64,000 nt of DNA from Octopus vulgaris (Eukaryota), in NCBI GenBank assembly GCA_951406725.2, contig OX597820.1, forward strand, positions 86,490,001 through 86,554,000, written 5' to 3'. The translations under genes were made by a program, and so were the position numbers. This document shows, piece by piece, positions 15,005 to 30,755 of this stretch. The stretch's first letter is position 1, and each line of letters opens with the position of its first letter. Below the pieces are notes generated by a model. That model saw nothing but the letters and a program-made list of their open reading frames with translations, did not search any database and was not told where the DNA came from.

Positions 15005-15220
15005 TTGATTTCAAATTTTTGCACAAGGCCTGTAATTTCAGGAGAAGGGATAGGTCGATTACATCGAACTCAGTGCTCAACTGCTACTAATTTTACCAAC
15101 CCCAAAAGGATGAAAGGCAAAGTAGACTCAGCAGAATTTGAACTCAGATTTTAATGACGAAGGAAATGCCGCTAATCATTTTGCCCGGCGTGCTAATGAT
15201 TTTGCCAACTCACTGCCTTA
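15005..15220 (-). mobile_element. SINE family M
   Basis: aaaggatgaaaggcaaagtagactcagcagaatttgaactcag...gccaactcactgcctt. Confidence 0.85.
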
Positions 15221-15663
15221 TTACAAGCAATTAATATTAATAGAAAATTATGAGTGAGTGTGTATTTCTCAAGGCTTGATGATCTGGGTAGGAAGGATTA
15301 GACATAGTATTTAGGGCACTGACTTGGAATGAGTTCGATATGGGTAACGAAACGAGGGCAAACTAGTGAAGCTAGTTATGCTGGACTAGTCCACTTCGAG
15401 GAGCAGAGACCAATGGAATGGTTACAGAAAAAGCAGACTTTGATGATAGTATGTCTGTGAGTCACTGAAATAAGAACTTCGACGATAGATGAACTGTTCT
15501 CATTATCAGTACATTTCCCGAATTTTCAGTATATATAAACATTATTGGATTATCTAGAGGATTTCTTTCTCTGTATCTCATGTTAACTAGGTGTTCGCAT
15601 GTAGTGCTGAATGAAGTATTTGCCTGGATTCCTTGAATCACTCTTCATTACCCTCACTCTATG

Positions 15664-15736
<73 letters not shown>

Positions 15737-17439
15737 GTGTACGTGTGTATGTAAATCTATATACATAAACACATATTGTTGTTATGTTAAAATGTCGTAT
15801 GTCCAAATTTGGTCAAATGGGTTCTTTTTCAAAATTTATTGAAATAAACGGTTCTTTTGGTCAAACTATCGTATCTCCAGCTGCTTCAGATGCCAAGATA
15901 TCAAAAATTGTCAAAGTGTGGTACAACGTTTTTACTTTGGAATGGTAAAATTATTTTTTCGTTTTCTGAAAAAGCAACGTTTCGGACTTACGGCACTTTT
16001 GCTTAATAGCAACGAATTATGTATCTATTTAAGTATTCATATATCCTCTTACAAGGTATTGGTTAGCTGACATTACAGTACAAGACACTCAGTAAAGTTC
16101 CTGAGTGTTATATCGAACTTGGAACAACCTGGTAGCAAAATATATTACCTAATCACACAGCAATGTACCACCTGATTGTCTCCGCCTGTACATGTATTCT
16201 TGTGGCAGTGTTATAAAACGTAAATATTAAGTACGTCTATATTATTTTTTTTCTATTGTAGCCATTTTTAGAGATTGTCTGACTGGTAAGCATAAATTTT
16301 GAATCAGCAAAATTTTTCTCATTAGTAATTCTTCAACAAAATATGTATTCTCCACCATGCTCACTTTACCTTTCTCTCTCTCTTTCTCTCTCTCTCCTTC
16401 ACAACATACATATACATTCACATGTATATTCATTCAAACGTACTTATACAATTACATGCTCACGTGTATATATAGACGTGTCTATCAAAACATACTTCTG
16501 TATGTGTGTTTATATACACATGCAGTTGGTTTTTGCTTAAACATATTTCTGTTTAAATATGCGTAAGTTTACACCTGTGTGTATATATATGCATATATTT
16601 GCGTATTTCTCAATAAATGTGTATATGAAGCAATATAGGTGCCCAAAATCTATGTATGTATGTATGTATGTATGTACGTCTGTATGTATAATGTAAGCGG
16701 ATATGTATTCGTACATGAATTGTGCGTGAATATATATATGTATGTACGTTTGTTTCTGTATATGCGTCCGTAAATGGTTGTGACTTTATGCGTAGGTGAA
16801 TATGTTTATCACTGTTTATGGTGTTTAATTACCATTGTTCTGGTCGCTCTTAAATAACTCCAATTTTATGTGTGTTTCGTTTTATTTACATTTGCTAAAA
16901 TTTTACATAACGAAACAAAAACGACCAGGTGAATGGCTACCATTATTATGTTATTAAAACGACGCCTAAATTCATTTCTTAAGTTTATTTCTCTTTACGA
17001 AATATCAGCGTTAAATTTACAAGAAAACAGAAAAGTGATTTAACGTTTTGTTATCTTTATTTCTACAATTTGATTTATATATGTTTATTATTTTTTCCTT
17101 TGTTTACAGTTTTATTACTTACAACGTGTTCGCTAATGCTTAAAATTTCACATACACACTACACACACACACACACACACAGACATTCGCACACACAAAG
17201 TCAAACACTCACACATATATATACAATGTTCAGACTAAATTTGACGACATTTTCTGTTCCCTTTCTTCAGGAATAGTTTGATGAATTGATAATCGGTCAA
17301 CGGCATCAGAGGGCATAAAGAGTAAAGTTGCAATTAAGAAAATGTTAGCTGACATGGAGGACGGGAAGCCATTTGGATATTGGAAAAGAGTTACCTCTAT
17401 CATGATGATTAGCGCCGGGCATCAAAATGTTGTCATCAT

Positions 17440-18010
<571 letters not shown>

Positions 18011-18036
18011 TATATGTGTGTGTAGATAGATACATC

Positions 18037-18112
<76 letters not shown>

Positions 18113-18136
18113 TATAGATAGATAGATACAGATTTA

Positions 18137-18177
<41 letters not shown>

Positions 18178-18223
18178 CATATGTATATGTATGTATATAC
18201 ATATGTGTGTGTATACATCATGA

Positions 18224-18269
<46 letters not shown>

Positions 18270-18311
18270 CATTATTATTATTATTATTATTATTGTTATT
18301 ATTATTATTAT

Positions 18312-19352
18312 TCCTTCCTTCGTAACATAGTAAAGGTAAAAATGCACCGGAGTCTTTAGTCATCTGTCAAGTCACAACAAGGACCTCAGACAGATAATAC
18401 TTTCTTTAAGATGTGCTCGGTGCCAAATAAAGCGACTTTTTGCATGACATCAATCTTGCATTGGATTTCCAGTTGCCTTAAGAAGTCTTGTAATTTCGAT
18501 GGGATTGGGCCCAACTCTCAAATCACCACTGGTATCACTTTCTCGCATTCCATACAGTCTTGCCATTTCCACTTTCAATTCGGAGTACTTGTGACTTTTT
18601 TCAACCTCTTTACTCAAAGCATTCATGTCATTTGGTATGGCTACATCAATGATCTAACAGTATTTGTCTCTCTTGATCAATATGACAATATCTGGCCGAC
18701 GATGTTCAATTAATCGGTCGATCCGAAAATCATAGTCTCAGAGTATCGTTACTTTTCCATCCTCCTGCATAACTTTACTTGGTACATGCTCATACCAGTT
18801 CTCTGTTACTCCATATTGGTATTTATGGCATAAGAACCAATGAAGATACACACACACTTTATCGTTGCGGCGCTTGTATTCTTTTTGTGCAAAGTTCTCA
18901 CGTCCATTTCCCAAGTGGGTCACATTTTCCACACTCTTTTCACAGAGTCTGCATTTCTGGGTATCAGAAGTTTTATATATTTCTTAATTGCCCACAAGGG
19001 GCTACACAGAGAGGGGACAAACAAGGACAGACAAAGGGATTAAGTCGGTTACATCGACCCCAGTGCAAAACTGGTACTTTACTTATCGACCCCGAAAGGA
19101 TGAAAGGCAAAGTCGACCTCGGCGGAATAGAACTTATAGTTCACTGACTTGGTAGCGAGAGCCTGGTCCTGTGCAGCAATGATCAAGCTTTCGGGGGTAG
19201 GCTTCAAATCACCTCGCTCTAGCCATGTCCAGGATGGTGTAACATCCTTCACGTCCTGTGTATTCCTTTCAAACTGTCCATGCATTCTCATTTCAAGAAC
19301 GTCTTGTTAGCTCATTGGTTAAAATCTTCGTTGCCTGTCATTTTAATCTGCA
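18312..19352 (-). mobile_element. Dong/R4-like LINE fragment
   Basis: MHGQF...SWTWLERGDLKPTPESLIIAAQDQALAT, EYKRRNDKVCVYLHWFLC and EHRRPDIV motifs with frameshifts. (TAA)n at both ends. Interrupted by a SINE. Confidence 0.9.
18979..19127 (-). mobile_element. SINE family M nested in a LINE
   Basis: Reverse complement of the 3' half of the SINE at 41055. Confidence 0.9.
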
Positions 19353-19502
<150 letters not shown>

Positions 19503-19725
19503 CACTATTATTATTATTAACATAACGTGTCTTAAATAGTACAACAATGCAGAGTGGACTATAATAACTGTTGTAATTCAATTATCTCTAGTCTGATATA
19601 ATAACATTTCGGAATACAAAACTTCCTCCTTCAGATTTCGCTAGGAATTGATCTAGTTACTGCTATTATTATCATCATCATTATTATTATTATCATTATT
19701 ATTATTATTATTATCATTATTGTTG

Positions 19726-19771
<46 letters not shown>

Positions 19772-19772
<1 letters not shown>

Positions 19773-20953
19773 TGATGAAAACTCACACCTTATTTTGCTG
19801 GCTATGTTGAAAGGCGTCAGCTGTCCACAGCCAGCAGACTAAGGTGACACTTGTTTACTAGTCATGCTTTAAGAACCCTACAAAGAATTCTTGCAGTTCC
19901 AAGCAATGCTGATTTTTGTAGACGTTCTACCTTCACACTTGCACCGATCTTTTTCAGCCTTGTTGGTATTCGAGGGATGATACTTCCAAGTGCGCCAATT
20001 ACTATTGGTATCACGTCTACTCTCTTCATTTGACTACATCCTTCGTATTTCACACTTCAAATCTTCATAGTTGTTTATTTTTTTCTTCTTCCTCATCAAT
20101 CTTGTTGTCGGCGGGGAATGCTGTTTCGATTATCATGCATGTTCTTTCTTTTTTTATTCACCACAACAATGTCCGGTTTCCGATCTCTGGTCAGATGATC
20201 GTACTGAATCATTGCATCCCACAGGATCTTGAAATTCTCATTCTCGATAACTTCTGGTTTGGAGTTTGATCATACCACGTATTTGCCATTTATAGGCTGT
20301 GATTTCCACAGAACTCCCAATGGATTATTCTTGTCCCATTGTCATGGCGTCTTTTGTATCGCTTTGTGCCAATTTCTGGCTTTCGCTAACGATGTGCCAT
20401 ACCGTTTCACCCTTCTCACCACACATTCTGCCTCTGTCGCTATCGGTAGTGTTGTCTACACGGCACTTCGCATAGTTGCTCCTTAACGTTTGTTTTGAGC
20501 CGCGCATACGAGTGCTTCTGTCTCTATCTTCAGGTCACTCCTCATCCATAGTCACCTCTGTGTCTGCCTTGGCGTTTACATCTCTTGCAAACTGACCGTA
20601 TATTTTTTACTTTCCATGCTTTTCCTTTTTCTTTCTTTTTGTTCGTTTGTTCTTGAAGTTTTTCTTTCCTTACACAATTTTAAGTTTTGATGACGCCGGT
20701 CTTCGTATGTTTCAACAGTGGCTCCACGTCATTTTTTTACATACCACCCTAAGCTATTTTCCTCTGTTTTGATAGAGACCTAGCAAATGATCAAACCTCT
20801 CACACTCTTTCTTCTGGACCAGTATAGCTTATCGCTGTCACTCGTATGTTGGAAGGCTCCGTATACTGTCAACATTTTTCTAGTTTTGGTATCTGTTTTT
20901 ATCACTCCGCTCTTTTGCCATTTCATTATTCCCGCTTCATACCGAATTGATGC
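19772..20953 (-). mobile_element. Dong/R4-like LINE fragment
   Basis: RMCGEKGETVWHIVSE (CCHC-knuckle remnant) and VIPIVIGALG...LQKSALLGTARILCRVL. Multiple frameshifts. (TAA)n tail at 19665-19771. Confidence 0.9.
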
Positions 20954-20965
20954 TATTATTATTAT

Positions 20966-22482
20966 TTTATGTTTGACTTTTGCTTTACATTTGTACAAGT
21001 TGGCTCCAAGTCTAACCCAGAGACCTCAAGAGACAACAAGTTGGAAGTTCATGTTAGTGTTATGCCGAGGGTGCCATATATTTGGTTTTGTACATAGTGT
21101 TGTTCTAGAGAATGTTTAAGAAACCATAAGAACATTATTTTTGTTTTAAAACTTGAGATTACATAGAAAGTATTTTGCGTAGGATATGAGCAGTTCCCAT
21201 GAGCAGTATCTTTTGAATCAGTGGCATTGTGGGGTTTTCTGGTATCTGAGCTAGGTAGCAATCAGCCCATTTTGCTATCATTCCAGAGCACCTATGGCAA
21301 CAGGTATTGTTTTAGTCTTCAGGTTCCATATTTTGCTAAAGTCGATTTCAAATCTTTATATTTGCTCCGTTTTTGATAGGTCTTGACAGATACGTTTATA
21401 TCCATTGGGACAGTCATATCAATGAGGAGGCATGATTTTTGTCTGAAGTCTTTTAATATGATGTCTGGCCTATGCGCATCTATCTATCTGTCAGTTTGAA
21501 TGGTGAAGTTCCAGAGGAGTGAGATGTGATGATTTTCAAGCACTGGAGGTGGCTTGTGTTGCCACCAGTTTTTATCATGGGGCAAGTTCAGGCTTTTGCA
21601 ATTTACCCAGTGAATATATTGTGCAGCTCTATCGTGCCTGTTGAGATACTCTGTAGGCGCTAGAAGACTGCATTTGGAGACAACATGATCAATGGTTTCA
21701 TTTTGTTGTTGACATATACGACATGTTGGGCTACTGCCGTTCGTTAATATGTTGGCCTGGTACTTCCTTGTAGGTAGGCGTTGATCTTGAGCTGCTATGA
21801 TAAACCCTTCTGTTTCAGATTCTAAGCCAGATGCCATTAGCCTTTGATGGGTCAGAACTTTGTCAACATCGGCATTATTTGCTCTCTTTGGGTATTTGCC
21901 ATTAAGAGGTTTTTCTTGCTATTTATCAGTCAGCAGTTTTAGCACAGGTTTTCATGCGCTTAGCTTTTTCTGCGCTTGTTTCTCGTATGTCTAATTCCGG
22001 AATTTGTTTTATTTGGAATTCACTTAGATATTCCTTTGCCTGTTTTGTTACTGAGTATGATGCTTTCTTGTTTTCATGTTTTGAGACAAGTTTTAACATC
22101 CAGTCCTCAGAATTTTTCAGGTAGGTATCTAGGCCAATTGTGGCACTCTTCATTGTTAATGCCAGTTGTAAATATCCACGGCCTCCCTCTTTTCTTGCCA
22201 GATAAAATCGTTCTGTATCTGCCTTAGGGTTGTGCATTCTATGCATTGTTAACAGTTTTCGTATTTTTCTGTCAAGATTACATATTTCAGTAATTGACCA
22301 GTTAACGATATTGAAACTGTAAGTGAGGACTGGTATGGCTAAAGCATTGATCGCTTCGATCCTGTTTCTCGCATTCAGCTCTATCTTGAGTATTGCTCTT
22401 ACTCTGCGATAACATTCTCACCTGATCCTTTCCTTCATCACTGAATGCCTTATTCCGTCCCCTTCAATTACCCCTAGGCATC
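20966..22482 (-). mobile_element. Dong/R4-like LINE, RT C-terminus to 3' UTR
   Basis: RIEAINALAIPVLTYSF, MHNPKADTERFYLARKEGGRG, ETEGFIIAAQDQRLPT, CRICQQQNETIDHVVSKC, RHD and HRPDII motifs, with stops and frameshifts. Confidence 0.92.
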
Positions 22483-22531
22483 CATGTAAATGAGATGATT
22501 TATATTTTTGAAACATTTTATAACCGTACTA

Positions 22532-22593
<62 letters not shown>

Positions 22594-23170
22594 GTTATTA
22601 TTATTATTATCCGGCTTTCCCTTTTACTCTTTCTGGGTCGATAAAATAAGTACTTGTTGAGGACAGATGTCGCTGGACTTGTGCCAAAATTTGAAATCGA
22701 TAAACCATAGGATTTTTCACGAGTAATATCAAGTTGGGCAGACATTGCAGGAAAAAAAATTCATTGTCTCGGTACATCTATTTGTTTCGTAAACACTGTA
22801 TATAGTAGTTAGAGGTTATTTAATCAGATAACAGCAGATTAAAATAGATAAGATTGGAAGAATTACTTTCTTTAGTTCATGAGGCAGAATATTCACAAAT
22901 GTTCTCTGCTTTCTTCTCTTTGGTGCCTTTCTCAGGATTAAATCCATTTTCTGACTGATGCAAAACGAAGTTTAAAGCAGATGAAAACTGCAATGCTTTA
23001 TTTGCATCCGCTGATAAGGGAATTGTTATGTGCGCTACGCGCAATATAGTTCTCTGTTCAGTGTACAATGCACAACCTCTTTAATATCAAACAGAGTAGA
23101 GTTCTACCTCTTATCTCAGAAGTATAGAACAGAACAACATTTATATATGTTTGTGTGTGTGCGATTAAAA

Positions 23171-23220
<50 letters not shown>

Positions 23221-23631
23221 GCTAATATATATTTATCTATATATGTCTACATATATTTATGAAAAAATATATGTATATGTAGATATGTACATATGTAGTA
23301 TATAAATATCACTTTCACTTTGAATAGATATATCTATACCTAGAAGCTCGTATGTGCATGTATGTATTCATACATATGTGCATATACACCCATACATATG
23401 AATATTATGTGTGTATATATATATATACATCTAAATATATATACACACACATATATATACATATACATATATATACATACATACATGTAGATATTTATAT
23501 TCATGTATATATATATATATAAACAGAAACATATATATATCCATACACATATATACATGTATGTATATATACGTGTGTATATGTGTATTATATATGTATG
23601 TATATATGTGTACTATATATGTATATATGTA

Positions 23632-23672
<41 letters not shown>

Positions 23673-23878
23673 TTGCATGCGTACATACATACATACATAC
23701 ATAAATAATTAAACAGTGTAGGTAAGGGCAAACGTCTATGTATATAAAACAGACTGCGTTTAAGTCACTTTTCGGAGATTCTCTTTCCTGATCAGTTTCT
23801 TTAGGGAGAGTCTGAGAGAGATTGATATAAATATAAATACTATCATACATACATGTATACGTGCATACATATGTACAT

Positions 23879-23916
<38 letters not shown>

Positions 23917-24289
23917 CTAGGAAACAAACACATACATTAACCAACTCGCATTTAAACATACGCAGTGACACTCACATAGACTTACGTAGCCAACTACCCA
24001 CTTCCATATATATATATATATATATATACATGCGTAGATATATAGAAGTTAAGGTAGACATATTCATACATACCTGCTTGCACACATACGTGTGCCTATA
24101 CATTCATACATTAAAGTAAGTAGAGAAACACTATTACTTAATCATGCATATTGGATTTTCATATATCTTTAGAAGTTATTTCAAGTTCTTTATTCTCTTT
24201 GAGAACAGATGGCGAAGAATGCCAACAGTATTTGGAATATCAACGAGTAAACCTCCCAGCAATGCTTCCACAAACCAATCGATATTCTG

Positions 24290-24371
24290 TCTAGAGGAGA
24301 AGAAGAAAAAAAGAGTAGTAATAATAGTAGTAGTAATAATAATAATACTAATAGTACTGAAAATAATGATG

Positions 24372-24403
<32 letters not shown>

Positions 24404-24429
24404 AAGAAGAAGAAGAAGAAGAAGGTGCT

Positions 24430-24460
<31 letters not shown>

Positions 24461-24540
24461 ACGACGATGACGACGATGATGATGATGATGACGACGACGA
24501 CGAAGAAGAAGAAGAAGAAGAAGAAGAAGAAGAAGGTCCT

Positions 24541-24571
<31 letters not shown>

Positions 24572-24597
24572 ACGACGACGACGACGACGACGATGAC

Positions 24598-24642
<45 letters not shown>

Positions 24643-24775
24643 AATGAAGAAGGTGATGATGATGATAATGATGATGATGAAGAAGAAAAAGAAGAAGAAG
24701 GTGATGATGATGAAGACGATGACGATGATGATAATGACGATGATGATGATGATGATGATGATAATGATGAAGATT
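24290..24775. repeat. Compound (GAA)/(GCT)/(GAT)/(GAC) trinucleotide tract with higher-order duplication
   Basis: The block (gaa)n-ggt-(gct)n-(gat)n-(gac)n occurs twice. Confidence 0.9.
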
Positions 24776-24980
24776 CATGCCTTAAAATACACCAAGGCAC
24801 TTAAAGAAAATCCACTGTAAGCATAGAAACGGCTATAAATTAATATAAAATAGGCAAAAGATATAAAACGGGAGACAGGTTATCAAACGTCTGATACGTA
24901 AGGATATGTCCATGCATACATACATGTGTGTGTGTGTTCGTACGTGCGTGCTTGTGTGTATGCGTGCGTGCGTGCGAGCA

Positions 24981-25037
<57 letters not shown>

Positions 25038-25112
25038 GGAGGGGAGCGTGCGTGAGTGTGTGTGTGTGTGTGTGTGTGCGTGTGTGTTTGTTTGTGTGTG
25101 TGTGTGTTTGGT

Positions 25113-25144
<32 letters not shown>

Positions 25145-25149
25145 TTGTG

Positions 25150-26740
25150 TAATGAATACAGAAGTTACGCGTAGGTTACTTCAATTTTTCCTGATCGTGT
25201 ACGATCCAGCAAGTTTTTTTCCGGCTCAAATAACATAACTATTCCGTGACGAAAGGCGAGAAAAAACGAGAGGAAGTCTTTTAGGGAAAAGAGAGATAAG
25301 GAATGTGTTCCTTTAACCTGTTACATAAAGATTATTGTTAATGTTGATTGTTTATATCTAAATTGACTATCGATCGTTTGGCAGTCGAATTGGGGTGAAC
25401 TAGGTGAATAAATATGCATATCTATTCTCGTGATAGAGGCGTCTTGCAGTTCGATAATAGAAAGCTATTGAAAAGTCTATTTCTTAAAATAATTATTGTT
25501 CTCGAGTTTAGAAGGCTGGCGCAGGTCTTCGATCTAATGAGAATATGTCTTCTTTTAGTTCTGCAAATCTTGCATTCTTTGAGTCATTAGTCTATGGCAA
25601 GATCTTTCTCGTATTCTCCAATTAATAAAGTTTGGTATATTACAGTCTTTTAGGTTCAAGATATTATCTTGTTAGCTTTGCCCCATCACTTTTTTTTCCT
25701 ATATGCTCAAATGGGGATCGGTGGTTTGCGGATATATTTTTGAAGTCACTTTCGTACATTCTAATATTTTCTTCTTTCAGTTTCCTTATTCTTCGGAACA
25801 GAGATGATTTCGGCTTTGTAAATGGCTGCAGTAACTATACAAGTCTTATCTGGTGGGTAAGCATCTGGGTTTCTCAATTTCTACCTCCCTGTTAGTGCCC
25901 TGCGGAGCTTAAATGAAGTCTTTCTGCTGAAGGAAACTTTTACGGATCATCTAGTGAAGATTTTCCATGAGTTATCCGGAAAATGTTTATTTATCAAAAC
26001 TAAAAGTGTTTTTTTTTATAACTACCTTGGCCTTAACATTTAGGGAGAGAGGAACGGGTTACCCATAGGTTTCTTTATAGGTTTGGCTCTTGTTTGGGTC
26101 GGATATCTGTTTAAAACTAGTGTTGGTCTGGGTGTTACTCTAACAGATGACTGTATTATCAAAACCATCTGTAGAAGATGAGAGTTTAGAGACCCTATTA
26201 TTAAAGTTAGCTCTAACGTTTTATTGACGACTGGGTGTGGAAGGACAGTTTGAATATATACCTAAGATTTTCATGTGTTTTATGATAGAGCTTGTAAACA
26301 TTTAAGCATAGGTAATGAAAGTACCTAAGAAGTTGACTTTAGTGCGGTTTGTAGCTACTGTGATCTTGAAACATGTGCTGCTAAAGATGGATGTTAGGTT
26401 TTTCTTAAAGGTGTCTAAAGAATGATAATTCCAGCCGTGGGATATACCTCATCCATCGGTTCGATATAAACAAAAATTATGGGATGGAAATTTGATTTTA
26501 GGATTTCTTGTACAATAGGACCTACAAGATTTTGTCACTACCATATGAACCCAGTAATGCGTCAAACAGTTCGCCCAGTTCAGATATGTAGACCGAGGGG
26601 GATTTTACGCGAGTGCACGATTTTCTATTTGGTCAGTGACGACGTATTTTCTGACGAACTGGATTGCCTTATCTCTCAAGGTCCACGACGTCGAAAACAA
26701 AAAAGTCCAATTGTAGCAACAAAAAAAAAAAATATCTGAA
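25150..26740 (-). mobile_element. Decayed Penelope-like element (RT, GIY-YIG endonuclease, 3' pseudo-LTR)
   Basis: Minus-strand remnants of FDxxMGSY, LYRxDG, KVNFL, W.NP..SLNVK...LINKHFP and AAIYKAEI...DFK...NHRSPFEH...NWRIRE...CKIC. Degenerate hammerhead downstream at 25174-25214. Confidence 0.8.
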
Positions 26741-27148
26741 TTGGAACATAGATGTCATTTGTTGCTTGTAGTGGAATTAACACTTTAGTTATTAATGTAA
26801 CAGTCTAAATACTTAATACATTTTCAGTTCTAAGTAACAATAATTTAGATTGTGTTTAGATAACAATATCTTGCCTCCACTGAATCGGTAAATTTCATCC
26901 TAAATCTTAATTTGATATGTATGACAAGACATTTAAAGATTTAATTCAAGAACAGACGATCAAGTGTATGATAAGCGAGGAAAAGTCATTCAGGTTACTT
27001 GTAGCCTATCAGAAGCAGAATATATACATATAAGATTATGTAAATTCGTGTTATTCTATTGTTATATCCTCACTGTATTATAATGAGATTGTATCAATAA
27101 AAATTAGCACTACATAAGACGCTCCTCTTGTCTGGCAAATATAGATCA

Positions 27149-27540
27149 TAGCTTGGGGAAGTGGCTGTGTGGTAAGTAGCTTTCCTACCAGCCACATGGT
27201 TCTGGGTTCGTCCCACTGCGTGGCACTTTGGGCATGTGTCTTCTACAATAGCCTCGGGCCGACCAAATCCTTGGATTTAGACGGAAACTGAAAGAAGCCT
27301 GCCGTATATATATATATATATATATTTGTGTGTATGTGTTTGTGTTTGTGTGTCTGTGTTTTGCCCCTCCACCACCACCAACATCGTAAATCGTAAATTA
27401 GCGGTTCGGCAAAGAGGCGGGTAGAATAAGTACTAGGCTTATAAAGAATAAGTCCTGGGGTCGATTTGCTCGACTAAATGCGGTGCTCCAGCATGGCCGC
27501 AGTCAAATGACTGAAACAAGTAAAAGAGTAAAAGAGTAAA
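27149..27540 (+). mobile_element. tRNA-derived SINE family O with internal microsatellite
   Basis: A box gtggctgtgtggt, B box gggttcgtcc, internal (TA)n(TG)n, 3' ...ccagcatggccgcagtcaaatgactgaaacaagtaaaagagta. Confidence 0.9.
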
Positions 27541-27629
27541 AACAAGAGATCGTTTTATGCACCAGACTGCATTGTGTGCTGACATATACGGTGTACACAC
27601 ATACGCACACACACACATACACACACATA

Positions 27630-27674
<45 letters not shown>

Positions 27675-28333
27675 GTACAACAGGAAAAATAGACCTCAAA
27701 ATATGAGTATATGTATATTTTTTATCAACATTTAGCAAAGGCAACAGCGTGACTCAAGGTCCGAGAGTTTCTTGCGTTGGAATTTATCAAACTAGTTACA
27801 GGCTGAAGGTCCTGCGTGTTTATATAGCTGTAGATAAATAAAAAGAAATATATTATTCCAGAACGAATTATAAAAATGTCATGTGGATAATTAAAAGAAT
27901 TCTAAATCTTGACCGTTATGTCGTTCTATAAGCAAAATGCATGGATAAATAAGAAAGAAGAAAAGAGGGAATAAGAAAATCGGCGTGTATTTGCGTTTGT
28001 ATGTATGGCTTAGTGTGGAATATTTTCACTTCATATAAATTATGAACTATTTTGGATTAACAAGCACTTTGTGAAATGAAAATGTTTGATCTTACCTAGT
28101 AGCAAGTCTTTCATTACAGAACATTTCTTTAGAAAACTATATATGTCATCAGTCGGGGCAAAATTCCTTTATGTTCCGTTTGGTGGAACATATAATTCAC
28201 GTCTGTAACAAGCAAAAGCCTTAGGCTGTGTGTGTGTGTGTATGTGCACATCTTAGGCATGTGTGTACATGTGTGCGTATTTGTGTGCATGTATGTGCAT
28301 ATATGTGTGTGTGTATATTTTTGAGCATGGGTG

Positions 28334-28365
<32 letters not shown>

Positions 28366-29124
28366 GATGTGTATATCTAAATTTATATGTGTGCGTGTAC
28401 GTTTGTATCTGTGTGGATAAGAAATCAGCTGCTCAACCGCATGATTCTGCATTTCGTCCAGATGAATGATATTTTAAGCAAATCCATTTTACTCTAGTCT
28501 CAGGTCAACTCCTAAATCTTGTAAAATTTAACCGGCTGACACTGAACTATGTGCAAACCATCAATCGACTGAAGATTAAGTTAAGAGTACAAGCTTCCTC
28601 GGAATACTCAGTCACAGACGCTATAACACATTGAGTAGGCACTTCGCTTGATTAAACGATTGAAGTACTCATCATTGAAACCGACGGAGGACCATTTACC
28701 ATTCATTCTCTATATGTTACTACACGGAGTCCGAGCCTGTTTAAATGCATACATACATACACAGACTTATATTCGTATATATGCGTGTATGTGTGTGCAA
28801 GTGTGCGTTGACATACATACGTATATGTATGTACGTCTGTCTTTATGTTCGTATGTATGTATATATATATGTGTATGTGTGAATGTTTGTGCGTATGCGT
28901 GTGTACTTACATATGTCCAAAGTACTTCAAGTGTTATGTTACCTAAATGCAAATTTGATCAGACTCGTACAGATGCCCACTCCCACACAAACTCGCACAA
29001 ACACACACACACACACATATACACACAAACACACACGCTCAGATGCTGCTAATCTTACATATATACAAACATAGAGATATCCATGCATATATACACACAC
29101 AAACATATATATATACATATATAC

Positions 29125-29217
<93 letters not shown>

Positions 29218-29475
29218 TATCTTTATGTGTGTATATAGACAGACATTTATACAAACATATATGCATAGCACATAAATACAGACGTACTCGTACATACATA
29301 TAGATAGTCATTAATATATACATATGTGTAAATAGACACACATATATATACATACATCGATACATATGTTTATACATACATAGATATATATATATATATA
29401 TATATATAAATACATACATACACGCGCATACATACATACATGCGCGTACATACATACGTACACGTACATACATAT

Positions 29476-29528
<53 letters not shown>

Positions 29529-30755
29529 CATACATACACACATACATACATACATACATACATACACATACATACATACATACATACATACATACACATA
29601 CATACATACATACATACATACATACATACATACATACATACATACATACATACATACATACATACATACGTGCGTACGTACATATGTGTAAATTGTATAA
29701 AGAATCTGGCAGACCATTTTCGTTTTAATTTGGAACACTGCGAGTGTTGGCAACTGGAAAATTGCTCCTTCCTGCTAAAATGATGACTGATCAGATTATT
29801 CGATTCAGCGGTGTTTTTGGCTGTCTTCCCAGAATTCTTCCAGCACTATCCTTCTGTTGTAGAAATCTCCACCACATGTTTCCTTCGTTTCTTATGTGGT
29901 TCCACCACCTCTTCTATTTTCTGTTGGCCGTCAAGAGACTGACCGAATTTAATTTTGACACTCTTCTTCTGAAACAATCCTTGCCCAAAGTGTATATTGT
30001 GTCAACAAAGGAATGGTGGTGAATTTGACACCGGAATAAGTTGTTAGCATCCAACCTCCTACAAACGGACAGATTACTATAAATATACTTCTCTCATATG
30101 TTAACTTACACATTTGCACATATATATATATATATATATTCTTAATACATACATTATATTGTGTGAGTGCGGTGTGCGCTCATAGAAATTTCTAACAGTA
30201 GCTTCGAAATTTTGGTCGAAATTTCTGCGTTTGAAAAAAGTAGTTGAATGGAAATTTCGAAGTCGCAAATGACCTTTCAATTAATGTTTGCCGGGTTTTA
30301 TGCTTAGCTATACTTAAAACAATAACAGATGGACGATTTGCAGAGGAAATCACGTTAATCACCTTACCCTCCGAGAAGTGTGCCAGAAAGAGAATAAAAT
30401 CTGGTTGAATTCTCCATTTAACCTAGAAGTTACAACCAACATAGCTAAGGCTTCCTGTTATTGACCAAGAAGCATTTCCCTAGAGACTATATGTACTCTA
30501 TGCTCTTCAACCCCTCAGCAGTAAGATTAGTAACGCCTGCTTAGAGGATATCGCTTCTAACATCGCTTGCTACAGTACACACAAGCACAACCTACACGGC
30601 CACCAATCAACATTCCAGCCTGTACCTCTGAAGTACTATCATCTGGGAAGATCCTGCCTCTCAGGGGCTGTTGTCTAAAGAGTCACCCTCACACCATCCA
30701 AAATCATCACAAAACACTACATGGGCATGATGGCTAATGACTTCAAAAGAAGGTA

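Noticed and set aside
24879-24900. U2 snRNA stem IIa resemblance (ttatca...tctgatacgt)
   Set aside because: The match is too short, and no branch-point pairing region or Sm site flanks it.
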